Position numbers and translations under genes: made by a program
Assembly: GCA_017390195.1 (NCBI GenBank)
Contig: JAFPCR010000015.1
Location: forward strand, 1 to 45,728
DNA: 45,728 bases
Direction: 5' to 3'
DNA from: Clostridia bacterium
GTDB lineage: Bacteria > Bacillota > Clostridia > Oscillospirales > CAG-272
Notes under the pieces: generated by a model
Told to the model about the DNA's origin: nothing
The model's database searches: none
What the model saw: only the letters and a program-made list of their open reading frames with translations
Shown: piece by piece, positions 1-8,161 of the stretch
Layout of the letters: the number at the start of each line of letters is the position of its first letter
Numbering within the stretch: the stretch's first letter is position 1

Positions 1-96
1 AATGTAACACAACGCAAGAATTATCTTACACCGTGGGTCGATACTGTGCAAAATCGATTGGGCGGGATAATACTGCCCTATTGCTATATTTTTCAT
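1..96 (-). CDS. ecfT: Energy-coupling factor transporter transmembrane subunit EcfT, first 32 codons only (gene runs off the left edge)
   Basis: Too short to appear in the ORF track. The minus-strand ATG at 96..94 translates to MKNIAIGQYYPAQSILHSIDPRCKIILALCYI. This fits the conserved EcfT N-terminus (G-x-Y-x-P-x-x-S-x-x-H-x-x-DPR-x-K). It lies 70 nt downstream of ecfA2 in the canonical ecfA1-ecfA2-ecfT order. Confidence 0.6.
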   Translation of the reverse strand, partial: MKNIAIGQYYPAQSILHSIDPRCKIILALCYI

Positions 97-166
97 CTGA
101 TCAAACAATAACCTTAAAAAGGATCCTTTCAAGCGGAATGTTATGGCGTTCGGGGCAAACGCACAG

Positions 167-1039
167 TCAATCTGTTATGTTTTTGCGTTCGAACATTTCG
201 AGTATTTGCTTTTCCGCTTCGTCTACAGTGTATATTGATTTGCCCTCAAGCAGACCTCGCTTTGTAAGTATATCGGTGAGCTTGGTTATTTGAGGAACGT
301 CAAGTCCTATTTTAGGAAGCTCTTCGGAATGTGAAAAAATCTCGTCGCAGCTTCCGCTGAGAAAAATACGTGATTTTGACATTACTATCAAATTGTCGCA
401 CACCGCCGCCATATCCTCCATACTGTGACTCACTATTACAACGGTCGCTGACGTATGTGCTTTATAATGTTTTATACATTCGAATATAACATTTCGACCT
501 CTTGGGTCAAGACCTGCGGCAGGCTCATCGAGAACCAAAACGTCGGGACGCATCGCAATAACTCCTGCTATCGCAGCACGGCGTTTTTCACCGCCCGACA
601 GATCAAAGGGAGACCTGTCCAAAAGCTCTTTGTCAAGTCCGACCAATTCTGCTGCTTCCTCGACCCTTGCATCTATCTCTTCCTTTGAAAGCCCCATGTT
701 TCGAGGTCCGAAGCCTATATCTGCACGTATCGTTTCCTCGAACAGCTGATATTCGGGATACTGCATGACAAGTCCGACCTTGAATCTGACATCTCCGATC
801 TTCTTGGGATTCTCCCAAATATCAAGACCGTCCAACAGAACCTGGCCCGATGTGGGTCTTTCAAGACCGTTGAAAAGCCGAACGAGCGTTGATTTTCCCG
901 AACCGGTATGTCCGATTATCCCCGTTACCTTGCTACTCTCAATACCGATATTTATATCGTCGAGAGCCTTTATCATAAACGGAGTATTTTGACCGTATAT
1001 ATAATTTACATTTTTAAGTTCAATCTTTATCTGTGACAT
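167..1039 (-). CDS. ecfA2: ECF transporter ATP-binding subunit EcfA2
   Basis: 290-aa ABC ATPase with Walker A GHTGSGKST, signature LSGGEKRR and Walker B VLVLDEP. It is the second of two tandem ECF-type ATPases and is followed by ecfT. Confidence 0.9.
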   Translation of the reverse strand: MSQIKIELKNVNYIYGQNTPFMIKALDDINIGIESSKVTGIIGHTGSGKSTLVRLFNGLERPTSGQVLLDGLDIWENPKKIGDVRFKVGLVMQYPEYQLFEETIRADIGFGPRNMGLSKEEIDARVEEAAELVGLDKELLDRSPFDLSGGEKRRAAIAGVIAMRPDVLVLDEPAAGLDPRGRNVIFECIKHYKAHTSATVVIVSHSMEDMAAVCDNLIVMSKSRIFLSGSCDEIFSHSEELPKIGLDVPQITKLTDILTKRGLLEGKSIYTVDEAEKQILEMFERKNITD

Positions 1040-1132
1040 TTTTATAATAAAATCTGTGTTTGCTTGGCAAACCTGTCCTTTCCGTGAAGATCGGTCAATC
1101 CCGAAATCAACGAGATCCGAAAGACCTTGCCA

Positions 1133-2011
1133 TCAAGCCTGTCTTTCTGCAAAAGCCTCACATATCATATCGGCACACGCTTCGAGATCTGTTATATCAT
1201 CTCCCTCAAGCTTGATCCCTTTTGCACGCAATCTTTGTATAAGGTCTGTACATTGAGGTACAGCAAGTCCTACGCTTCGAAGCAGGTCGGGCTTTGAGAA
1301 AACTTCGGCAGGCGTTCCGTCGATCAGGATCTCCCCGTCATTGATGACTATAACTCTGTCTGCCAAAACAGCCTCCTCCATATAGTGCGTTATGTTTATT
1401 ACCGTAATGTTCTGTTCTTTATTCAGCCTTTTTATCGTGTCCAAGACCTCACGACGACCTACGGGGTCGAGCATGGCGGTAGACTCGTCAAATATCATAC
1501 ATTTGGGTTGCATAGCAAGTATTCCGGCGATCGCAACTCTCTGCTTTTGTCCGCCCGAAAGTCTGTGCGGCTCATGCTTTGCATATTCGGATATTCCGAC
1601 GGTAGCCAAAGCGTCGTCAACACGCTTTCTTATCTCGTCTGACGGAATACCGAGGTTCTCCGGTCCGAAGGCAACATCTTCTTCCACGATCGTTGCAACC
1701 AGCTGGTTGTCGGGATTTTGGAATACCATTCCGACTCGTCTTCGTAACTCGTAAATGTCGTCCTCGGTTATGTCATCGGATGACAGATCTGTCCCGTCGA
1801 TTATTATTCTTCCAAACGTTGGTTCAAGTATCATATTCAAAAGCTTTGCAAATGTGGACTTTCCCGAACCGTTATGACCGAGTACCGCCACATATTCGCC
1901 CTCGTTTATCTGAATACTTACATTCAGGAGTGCTGGAATCTTTGACGGATTTCCCTCGTCGTCATCGTATGAATATGTTAATTTGTCTGTTATGATAAAT
2001 GGATCTGCCAT
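1133..2011 (-). CDS. ecfA1: ECF transporter ATP-binding subunit EcfA1
   Basis: ABC ATPase with Walker A GHNGSGKST, signature LSGGQKQR and Walker B CMIFDEST. The ORF-track start at 2038 is a TTG. I prefer the ATG at 2011 (MADPFIITDKL), although its GAGGAG sits 13 nt upstream, so the start is uncertain. Confidence 0.85.
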   Translation of the reverse strand: MADPFIITDKLTYSYDDDEGNPSKIPALLNVSIQINEGEYVAVLGHNGSGKSTFAKLLNMILEPTFGRIIIDGTDLSSDDITEDDIYELRRRVGMVFQNPDNQLVATIVEEDVAFGPENLGIPSDEIRKRVDDALATVGISEYAKHEPHRLSGGQKQRVAIAGILAMQPKCMIFDESTAMLDPVGRREVLDTIKRLNKEQNITVINITHYMEEAVLADRVIVINDGEILIDGTPAEVFSKPDLLRSVGLAVPQCTDLIQRLRAKGIKLEGDDITDLEACADMICEAFAERQA

Positions 2012-2050
2012 TAAAAATAAACAACTCCTCTGTGTCAAAATATGCGATCA

Positions 2051-2917
2051 TCAGTCCTCTGACCACCAACGTGAGCTTGCCCCGCACGGCAAAAACCTTT
2101 CTGTCTTTGCAACAGGCAATGCAAGCTCCTCGGATGCGAGCTTACCACCATGCTTTTCGGCAACGTGTAAATTAAGTATATAATTCATAGTCATAGGAGA
2201 CAGTCCCGTTGTATATGAATTTATCAAGAAGAACAGCGGTCTGTCGGACAGAAGCTGTGCAGCCAATGCAACGAAATCGTCAATACAGTCCTCAAGCTTC
2301 CAGACCTCTCCGCTCGGACCTCTGCCGTATGACGGAGGATCCATGATTATTCCATCGTACTTGTGACCTCTGCGTATCTCTCGCTCTACGAACTTGCGGC
2401 AGTCATCGACGATATATCTGATGTGTGCCTGTCCGAGACCGCTCATTTCGGCATTTTCCTTTGCCTGAGCGACCATACCCTTTGAGGCATCGACATGAAC
2501 GACATCTGCCCCTGCTTTTGCCGCCATTACCGTTGCTCCTCCCGTATACGCAAAAAGATTAAGTACATTTATCTTTCTTTTCGAGTTACGGATAAGCTCA
2601 GAGAACCAATCCCAGTTTGCCGCTTGCTCGGGAAAAAGTCCGGTATGCTTGAATCCCATAGGACGAAGCACGAATTTGCAGTCCCCGTAGCCTATGCTCC
2701 AATTCTCGGGCATCTTACTCTTTACCCATCTTCCACCGCCGGTAGATGCACGTTTGTATACGCCGTCGGCTTTATTCCAAAGAGGATTCTTTTTCTCGGA
2801 CTTCCAAATGATCTGAGGATCGGGACGTATGAGGATATATTTTCCCCAGCGTTCAAGTCTTTCACCGTCAGATGTATCTATCAATTCGTAGTCTTTCCAT
2901 TTATCGCTGTACCACAT
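2051..2917 (-). CDS. Class I SAM-dependent methyltransferase, RlmI/RlmK-like (PF10672-type)
   Basis: 288 aa. It has the SAM-binding motif VLNLFAYTGGATV and the IIMDPPSYG (DPP-aromatic) motif typical of rRNA large-subunit methyltransferases of this family. The exact substrate cannot be assigned. Confidence 0.7.
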   Translation of the reverse strand: MWYSDKWKDYELIDTSDGERLERWGKYILIRPDPQIIWKSEKKNPLWNKADGVYKRASTGGGRWVKSKMPENWSIGYGDCKFVLRPMGFKHTGLFPEQAANWDWFSELIRNSKRKINVLNLFAYTGGATVMAAKAGADVVHVDASKGMVAQAKENAEMSGLGQAHIRYIVDDCRKFVEREIRRGHKYDGIIMDPPSYGRGPSGEVWKLEDCIDDFVALAAQLLSDRPLFFLINSYTTGLSPMTMNYILNLHVAEKHGGKLASEELALPVAKTERFLPCGASSRWWSED

Positions 2918-2932
2918 ATCAAAAATATCCTC

Positions 2933-3430
2933 TCATTTGTTGTAAAAATCGGCAAGCCGTGAGCAACCGCTGTGTGCGTGGCAAACGGCTATTGAAAGTG
3001 CGTCGGCGGTATCGTCGGGCTTGGGTGCTGCCCGCAATCCCAAAAGCTTTGTTACCATTGTAATGACCTGCTTCTTTTCTGCACGTCCGTAACCGACTAC
3101 TGCTTGCTTTACCTGCAATGGCGTATATTCGAAGATCTTCAGCCCTTTTTGCTCTCCGCACAAAAGTATGACCCCTCTTGCCTCGCTTACACGGATTCCC
3201 GTAGTTATGTTTGTGTTAAAAAAAAGCTCTTCGACCGCCATACATTCGGGGTGATATCGGTCTATGATCTCACCAAGACTTTTATATATTTCAGCCAAAC
3301 GCTGTTCTGTTTTCATTTCTTTTGGAGTTTGTATAGAGCCGTATGCCAGCGTATTGAATTTAGTCAGATTATAATCTATAACTCCCCAGCCCACTATGGC
3401 AATTCCGGGGTCGATCCCGAGAATTATCAT
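2933..3430 (-). CDS. ruvC: Crossover junction endodeoxyribonuclease RuvC
   Basis: MIILGIDPGIAIVGWGVI carries the catalytic Asp motif, and DTADALSIAVCHA is near the C-terminus. I moved the start to the ATG at 3430 (AGGAGG lies 10 nt upstream) rather than the ORF-track start at 3478. Confidence 0.9.
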   Translation of the reverse strand: MIILGIDPGIAIVGWGVIDYNLTKFNTLAYGSIQTPKEMKTEQRLAEIYKSLGEIIDRYHPECMAVEELFFNTNITTGIRVSEARGVILLCGEQKGLKIFEYTPLQVKQAVVGYGRAEKKQVITMVTKLLGLRAAPKPDDTADALSIAVCHAHSGCSRLADFYNK

Positions 3431-3609
3431 ACGCCTATGCCCTCCTAAACAAAAAATTCTCGCCCGTGTCCGAAACACAGTATTTCAGAGCAAACAATTA
3501 CAATATATTATATCACAATACACGCTCTCTGTCAAACAGAATTTGCCGTATTTTGCCTATTTTGGCGACGAATTTTTTTGCCTTTTTAAAATCCTTCGAC
3601 AGACTTTTC

Positions 3610-3638
3610 TTGATTTGAATTTTTCTAAATGATAATAT
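3610..3638 (+). promoter_or_regulatory. Candidate sigma-A promoter for the LRR lipoprotein gene
   Basis: TTGATT (3610..3615), a 17-nt spacer, then TAATAT (3633..3638) preceded by TGa (extended -10). It sits about 55 nt upstream of the ATG at 3692. Confidence 0.45.
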
Positions 3639-3691
3639 AATTTTGCCGTGAAAACAAACAAGCAAAAATAACAAAGGAGGATACTTGATTC

Positions 3692-4420
3692 ATGAAGTAC
3701 ATAAGTTATATTTCCCTGCTCATCTGTCTTTTAATAATGCTCGTCTCATGCTCAAACGCCAACACGCAGAAAACCGTCTCCGATTCCAAAGAAGATATCG
3801 CATCTGTGGCAGTATATCTTGAACGGATAAATTATTACCGAAACATTATAGAGGAATACGAGGACGAGATAATCGACCTTAAAAAGGAGATATACGTCAG
3901 TAAATACGAATATGAGAGCCGCATAGAGCATTTGGAAAACATTATAAATAACTCGGAAAGCGAAAAAGAGACCTTATCGCCGACAAGACCGAACGAAAGC
4001 ACGTCGGGGGCGGTCGAAACAGATTCTGTGCAGGTATCAACAACGCCTAAGTCAGACGATTTTAAATTTATATATACCGAGGCAAGCAAGACCGCAATAA
4101 TATCCGCTTATACGGGAAGTGCGACAGTCGTTACTGTTCCCGAAAGCATAGACGGATACAGGGTCGTGGGGATCGCAGATAAGGCTTTTGACAAAAATAC
4201 GGCCGTAACCGAAATATCACTTCCGAAAGGAATAGAAAGCATCGGTTGGTTCGCTTTCAGAGGCTGTTCTTCGTTGCAGACGGTAAGCATCCCCGACAGT
4301 GTAACAGCTATAGGTTACGGAGCTTTTGATGCCTGCACGTCAAAGCTGAAGATGCTTTGCAGTACCGACTCTTATGCACACAGATATGCTGTCAGCTACG
4401 GGCTGAACGTAAAAAGTTAA
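3692..4420 (+). CDS. Surface lipoprotein with a coiled-coil region and BspA-type leucine-rich repeats
   Basis: The signal peptide ends in the lipobox LVSC. There is an E/K/Y-rich coiled-coil segment. The C-terminal repeats (VTVPESIDGYRVVGIADKAF / EISLPKGIESIGWFAFRGC / TVSIPDSVTAIGYGAFDAC) are typical of the LRR_5 (BspA-like) family. AGGAGG precedes the start. Confidence 0.75.
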   Translation: MKYISYISLLICLLIMLVSCSNANTQKTVSDSKEDIASVAVYLERINYYRNIIEEYEDEIIDLKKEIYVSKYEYESRIEHLENIINNSESEKETLSPTRPNESTSGAVETDSVQVSTTPKSDDFKFIYTEASKTAIISAYTGSATVVTVPESIDGYRVVGIADKAFDKNTAVTEISLPKGIESIGWFAFRGCSSLQTVSIPDSVTAIGYGAFDACTSKLKMLCSTDSYAHRYAVSYGLNVKS

Positions 4421-4425
4421 AATGT

Positions 4426-4476
4426 GGGGTGAGTCAAATGCAAAAATGCATTTGGTACTCACCCCGTCGTTTACTT
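4426..4476 (+). terminator. Rho-independent terminator of the lipoprotein gene
   Basis: Long hairpin GGGGTGAGT-CAAATGCA-aaaa-TGCATTTG-gt-ACTCACCCC (4426..4465), followed by a T-rich tract. Confidence 0.6.
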
Positions 4477-4535
4477 TCGGTCAAAAACCGCAAATTCTGT
4501 GAGGACTGCGTAAATGACGCAGCCCCCCTAAAGAG

Positions 4536-6179
4536 TCAATCGTGAATTGCTCTGCCCTTGTGTTTTTTTATAATATCCGATATTACGGACGATGCTACCA
4601 ACGTAAGAGAAAATGCCGCCAAAATATATACAAACGTATTACCTATGATGCTGTATAGAGTACGGCAGGAAAGAAACTCTGCATCGTTTGTGACCTGCCC
4701 CTCAACAAGCGGCGGGAGCGATGTTAGTACTTGTCCGTTATCGTCAATAACAGACGATATTCCCGTATTACCTGAACGTACTATATATCTTCCGCATTCG
4801 ATGGCTCTCAACTGTGCTTGTCTGTTGTGCATATACACAGCAGTCGAATCGAGAAACCATGAATCGTTTGTAGGTATGATAATAAGCTCTGCCCCGTTTC
4901 TTACAGAATCGAGTGCCAGATCCTCAAATACCGAATCGAAGCATATCAAAGCACCGATATTTCCGTACTCGGTCTTATAGATGCTTGCCGATTGCCCGGG
5001 AAAAAGCTCCTCTTTGAACATTGACATCTCACCAAGTGACGGAATGATGCTCAGAAAAAAATCACGTGCAGGAAGATACTCACCGAAAGGCACGAGGTGA
5101 CGCTTTGAATATGTGATGTCATTTCTGCTTCCGTCGGGTCTTATCTCTATAATTGAATTATAAGTTTTGCCGTCCTTCAGCTCAAACACCCCGACAAACA
5201 GTGTTACATTGTTATCTTTTGCCAGGTTGGTCATGTGTCGGTAGTATGTTGGCTCATCCAAAAGATAGATAGGCATAACGGTTTCGGGCATAATTATAAT
5301 TTTTGCACCGTTTTCCACGGCTTGGGCAACATATTTATCCACACGTTCCAACGTTACGGTAAGAATCCCCGACCATTTTTCGCTCGAATCTATATTGGGT
5401 TGTATTGTCGAAAATGTTACGGTGTTGTTTTTTGCTTCGGTTATAGAGGTCTCGTTTTGAGAGATAAGAGAGGGGGTCATATAGACAACTCCGAAAACAG
5501 CGTTAAAAGCAAATATAGATGCTGCCGTTACACCTGCAAAGGAACGGATTCTTTTAAATACTATAGCTTCTGCTATCAACATATTTACGGCCACTATCAA
5601 AAACGTTACGAAGTAAGAGCCGAAAAGCGATGCACTTTGAACGAAAGGAAGAAATCCGACCTGCCCGAGTGAAAGTCTTCCCCACGGAAAAGCGAGCCAT
5701 GTCAGAGTTTTCAGCCATTCGAACACCGCCCACAGTGAGGCCGTCAGGATCGGAAGAAAGATCTTTTTTAATCTCTCGGACACAAAAGAGCTTCTCATAA
5801 ACAAGTATACCAAAACAGTCATAAACGCATCGAGCAGCGAGTGGAACAACGAAAGTCCGAACCAAGCGAGAGCAATAACAAAGATCGCATCTGTTTTGCT
5901 CATACCCGTAAACGACAAAGGATAGAGGCTAACAAAGAATGAGTATATCGCAACATAATATCCTAATGAAAGCAAAAATCCTTTGCGATAGACCGCACGC
6001 AATTTCAGTTCCTTGTTTTGATAAAGCTTGATAAGTACACAAAACGCAAGCGAGAGCGATACCCATTCAATTATTCCGATCGCAGGATATGAAACTGCAA
6101 GTCCGGTCAATAATCCGCTGAAGACAAGTATGATATTGAGTATTAAGTTGTTCCTTTTGGTCGTCTTTGTCGTTAACAT
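4536..6179 (-). CDS. lnt: Apolipoprotein N-acyltransferase (Lnt-like: polytopic membrane domain plus CN-hydrolase domain)
   Basis: 547 aa. The hydrophobic N-terminal half has multiple TM segments. The C-terminal nitrilase-fold domain has a candidate Glu-Lys-Cys triad in IIMPETV, YSKRHLVPFGEY and GALICFDSVF. Confidence 0.8.
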   Translation of the reverse strand: MLTTKTTKRNNLILNIILVFSGLLTGLAVSYPAIGIIEWVSLSLAFCVLIKLYQNKELKLRAVYRKGFLLSLGYYVAIYSFFVSLYPLSFTGMSKTDAIFVIALAWFGLSLFHSLLDAFMTVLVYLFMRSSFVSERLKKIFLPILTASLWAVFEWLKTLTWLAFPWGRLSLGQVGFLPFVQSASLFGSYFVTFLIVAVNMLIAEAIVFKRIRSFAGVTAASIFAFNAVFGVVYMTPSLISQNETSITEAKNNTVTFSTIQPNIDSSEKWSGILTVTLERVDKYVAQAVENGAKIIIMPETVMPIYLLDEPTYYRHMTNLAKDNNVTLFVGVFELKDGKTYNSIIEIRPDGSRNDITYSKRHLVPFGEYLPARDFFLSIIPSLGEMSMFKEELFPGQSASIYKTEYGNIGALICFDSVFEDLALDSVRNGAELIIIPTNDSWFLDSTAVYMHNRQAQLRAIECGRYIVRSGNTGISSVIDDNGQVLTSLPPLVEGQVTNDAEFLSCRTLYSIIGNTFVYILAAFSLTLVASSVISDIIKKHKGRAIHD

Positions 6180-6208
6180 TATATCAAAAACCTTTCCGGA
6201 TCTTGAAC

Positions 6209-7171
6209 TTAAATAAATTTATCCAAAAACCAAACTTCTTTATTCGGAATACGGAACTCACGGCCGTTGAGATAGCGGAGAACACCGTCATCATTCAAGC
6301 CGAAATTGAACCTCAAGCGGTATGCGTACAGTGCCTGATATTTATATCCTTTGGATCGGTCAAGTGAATTTATTCCGTATTTTCCGTCTCCGACCAACGG
6401 ATATCCGATATGTGCAAGGTGGGCACGGATCTGATGTGTACGTCCCGTAACCAGCTCTATCTCAAGCAAGGAATCTCCGTTTTTTTCGGATATTACCTTG
6501 TATTTTGTTATTATCTCCTTTGCCCCGTTTACTTTTTTGTCGTAAACAGTGACCTTGTTATTTTTTGAGTCTTTTTTCAGATAGCCGTGCAATGTATCTG
6601 CTTTTTTGGGCATTTTTCCATGCACACAGCAGTAATAGAACTTTCCTATCTTGTCGTCCTTTATCTTTTGATTCATTTCACGGAGTGCGGCGGCATTTTT
6701 TGCGGCGATCACTATTCCACCCGTGTTGCGGTCGATGCGATTGCAGAGTGCAGGTGAGAAGGATTGCTCATCGTCGGGGTTATACTCACCCTTTTGGCAC
6801 AGATATGCTTTTATGTGCATGATCAGGGTGTTATCTGCCCCGTCGGTATCTTCGTGTACCAACACACCGGGACGCTTGTTACAAAGCATAATATTATCGT
6901 CCTCATATATTATCGACAGCTTATGCTTTATTGTATAAAGAGCAGATTCGTCCTTTTCGGGAGATTCAAAAAATTCATCTTTAATAAAAAGCTGTACCTC
7001 GTCACCCTCACACAAAATATAATTCTGTTGTGTACGGGCTCTGTTTACCTTTATTTTCTTTGTGCGTATATCTTTATACATCATAGACATCGGCAGTCCT
7101 TTGACGGCCTTAGTCAAGAATTTATCAAGTCTTTGACCTGCGTCGTTTTTGCCTATCTTTAAAATTCGCAT
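6209..7171 (-). CDS. RluA-family 23S rRNA pseudouridine synthase (RluC/RluD-like, with N-terminal S4 domain)
   Basis: It has an S4-like N-terminus (GQRLDKFL), the catalytic motif NRIDRNTGGIVIAAK and GRTHQIRAH. I set the start at the ATG at 7171 (MRILKIG), which has GGAGGT 4 nt upstream. Confidence 0.85.
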   Translation of the reverse strand: MRILKIGKNDAGQRLDKFLTKAVKGLPMSMMYKDIRTKKIKVNRARTQQNYILCEGDEVQLFIKDEFFESPEKDESALYTIKHKLSIIYEDDNIMLCNKRPGVLVHEDTDGADNTLIMHIKAYLCQKGEYNPDDEQSFSPALCNRIDRNTGGIVIAAKNAAALREMNQKIKDDKIGKFYYCCVHGKMPKKADTLHGYLKKDSKNNKVTVYDKKVNGAKEIITKYKVISEKNGDSLLEIELVTGRTHQIRAHLAHIGYPLVGDGKYGINSLDRSKGYKYQALYAYRLRFNFGLNDDGVLRYLNGREFRIPNKEVWFLDKFI

Positions 7172-7261
7172 TATTACCTCCGAGTATGGATCACCGACCA
7201 AAAAGCATCAGGGAGAAGGCTATATACGGCATTCCCTCAAGATCGGGTGAAACAGATGGGA

Positions 7262-7894
7262 TCATTTTGTTCCGAAGATACGATCTCCTGCATCTCCAAG
7301 TCCGGGTACGATATAAGCATGTTCGTTAAGTCTTTCGTCGAGTGCGGCAACAAAGATATCAACGTCGGGATGCTCGGACTGCACCTTCTCAACACCCTCA
7401 GGTGCGGCAACGATATTGACAAGAATAATATCGGTACACCTGTATTTTTCCTTGAGCAAGGAAATGGCATCACAAGCAGATCCGCCTGTTGCAAGCATGG
7501 GGTCTACGACAATTATCTTTCTGTCGCACACCTTGTCGGGCATCTTGCTGTAATATTCGATAGGCTCATGCGATTCATGGTCTCTGTACATGCCTATATG
7601 CCCGACATTTGCGGTCGGGATAAGACGTTGAAATCCGTCTGCCATTCCGAGTCCTGCACGTAAGATCGGAACGATCGTGATCTTCTTTCCGGAAAGCATT
7701 TTAGCATTCATCTTGGTTATGGGAGTTTCGATCACTATATTTTCTAAGGGTAGGTCCCGTGTTACCTCATATCCCATAAGCATTGAAATTTCACTGAGGA
7801 GTTCACGGAAATCCTTTGAACCTGTCTTTTTGTTACGCATGATCGAAAGCTTATGAGTAATTAAAGGATGATTTACGACATTAAGTTTTCCCAT
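7262..7894 (-). CDS. upp: Uracil phosphoribosyltransferase
   Basis: [20 protein letters not shown] is the typical Upp N-terminus, and the PRPP loop is [13 protein letters not shown]. The 31 codons upstream in the ORF track are probably not translated. Confidence 0.9.
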   Translation of the reverse strand: MGKLNVVNHPLITHKLSIMRNKKTGSKDFRELLSEISMLMGYEVTRDLPLENIVIETPITKMNAKMLSGKKITIVPILRAGLGMADGFQRLIPTANVGHIGMYRDHESHEPIEYYSKMPDKVCDRKIIVVDPMLATGGSACDAISLLKEKYRCTDIILVNIVAAPEGVEKVQSEHPDVDIFVAALDERLNEHAYIVPGLGDAGDRIFGTK

Positions 7895-8071
7895 ATTAAT
7901 AACCGTGACATCAAAGATGCCACACTTCCTTTCTGCGAAAATGCGGTGTGATAATTTGTTTTTTATCCTATAATCATGTTTATACAAAATCCTCTTTACA
8001 AATCTAATTATACAACTTTTTGTCTTTTTTTCAATAGTTTTTTCTCTGTTTTACAAAATTCGTTTGGGTTA

Positions 8072-8100
8072 TTTACAACGGCAAAAAATAATGGTAAAAT
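8072..8100 (+). promoter_or_regulatory. Candidate sigma-A promoter for mtaB
   Basis: TTTACA (8072..8077), a 17-nt spacer, then TGg-TAAAAT (-10 at 8095..8100). It lies inside the ORF-track N-terminal extension, which supports the ATG at 8162 as the real start. Confidence 0.45.
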
Positions 8101-8161
8101 AGCAGTGGATTTTACCGAAAGAAAGGCAGCTCGCTTCACCGAGCTGATTACGGTACGATAT

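Noticed and set aside
7895-7975. PyrR-type attenuator upstream of upp.
   Set aside because: No PyrR binding loop (ARUCCAGAGAGGYU-like) is present, and there is no terminator hairpin with a U-tract between the putative promoter region and the upp start.
7976-8161. N-terminal 62-codon extension of the mtaB ORF in the track.
   Set aside because: It contains a good promoter (8072..8100) and translates to F/L/N-rich AT-rich sequence. MtaB homology starts at the ATG at 8162 (MFEDKKYSVGIYTLGCKVNQYES).
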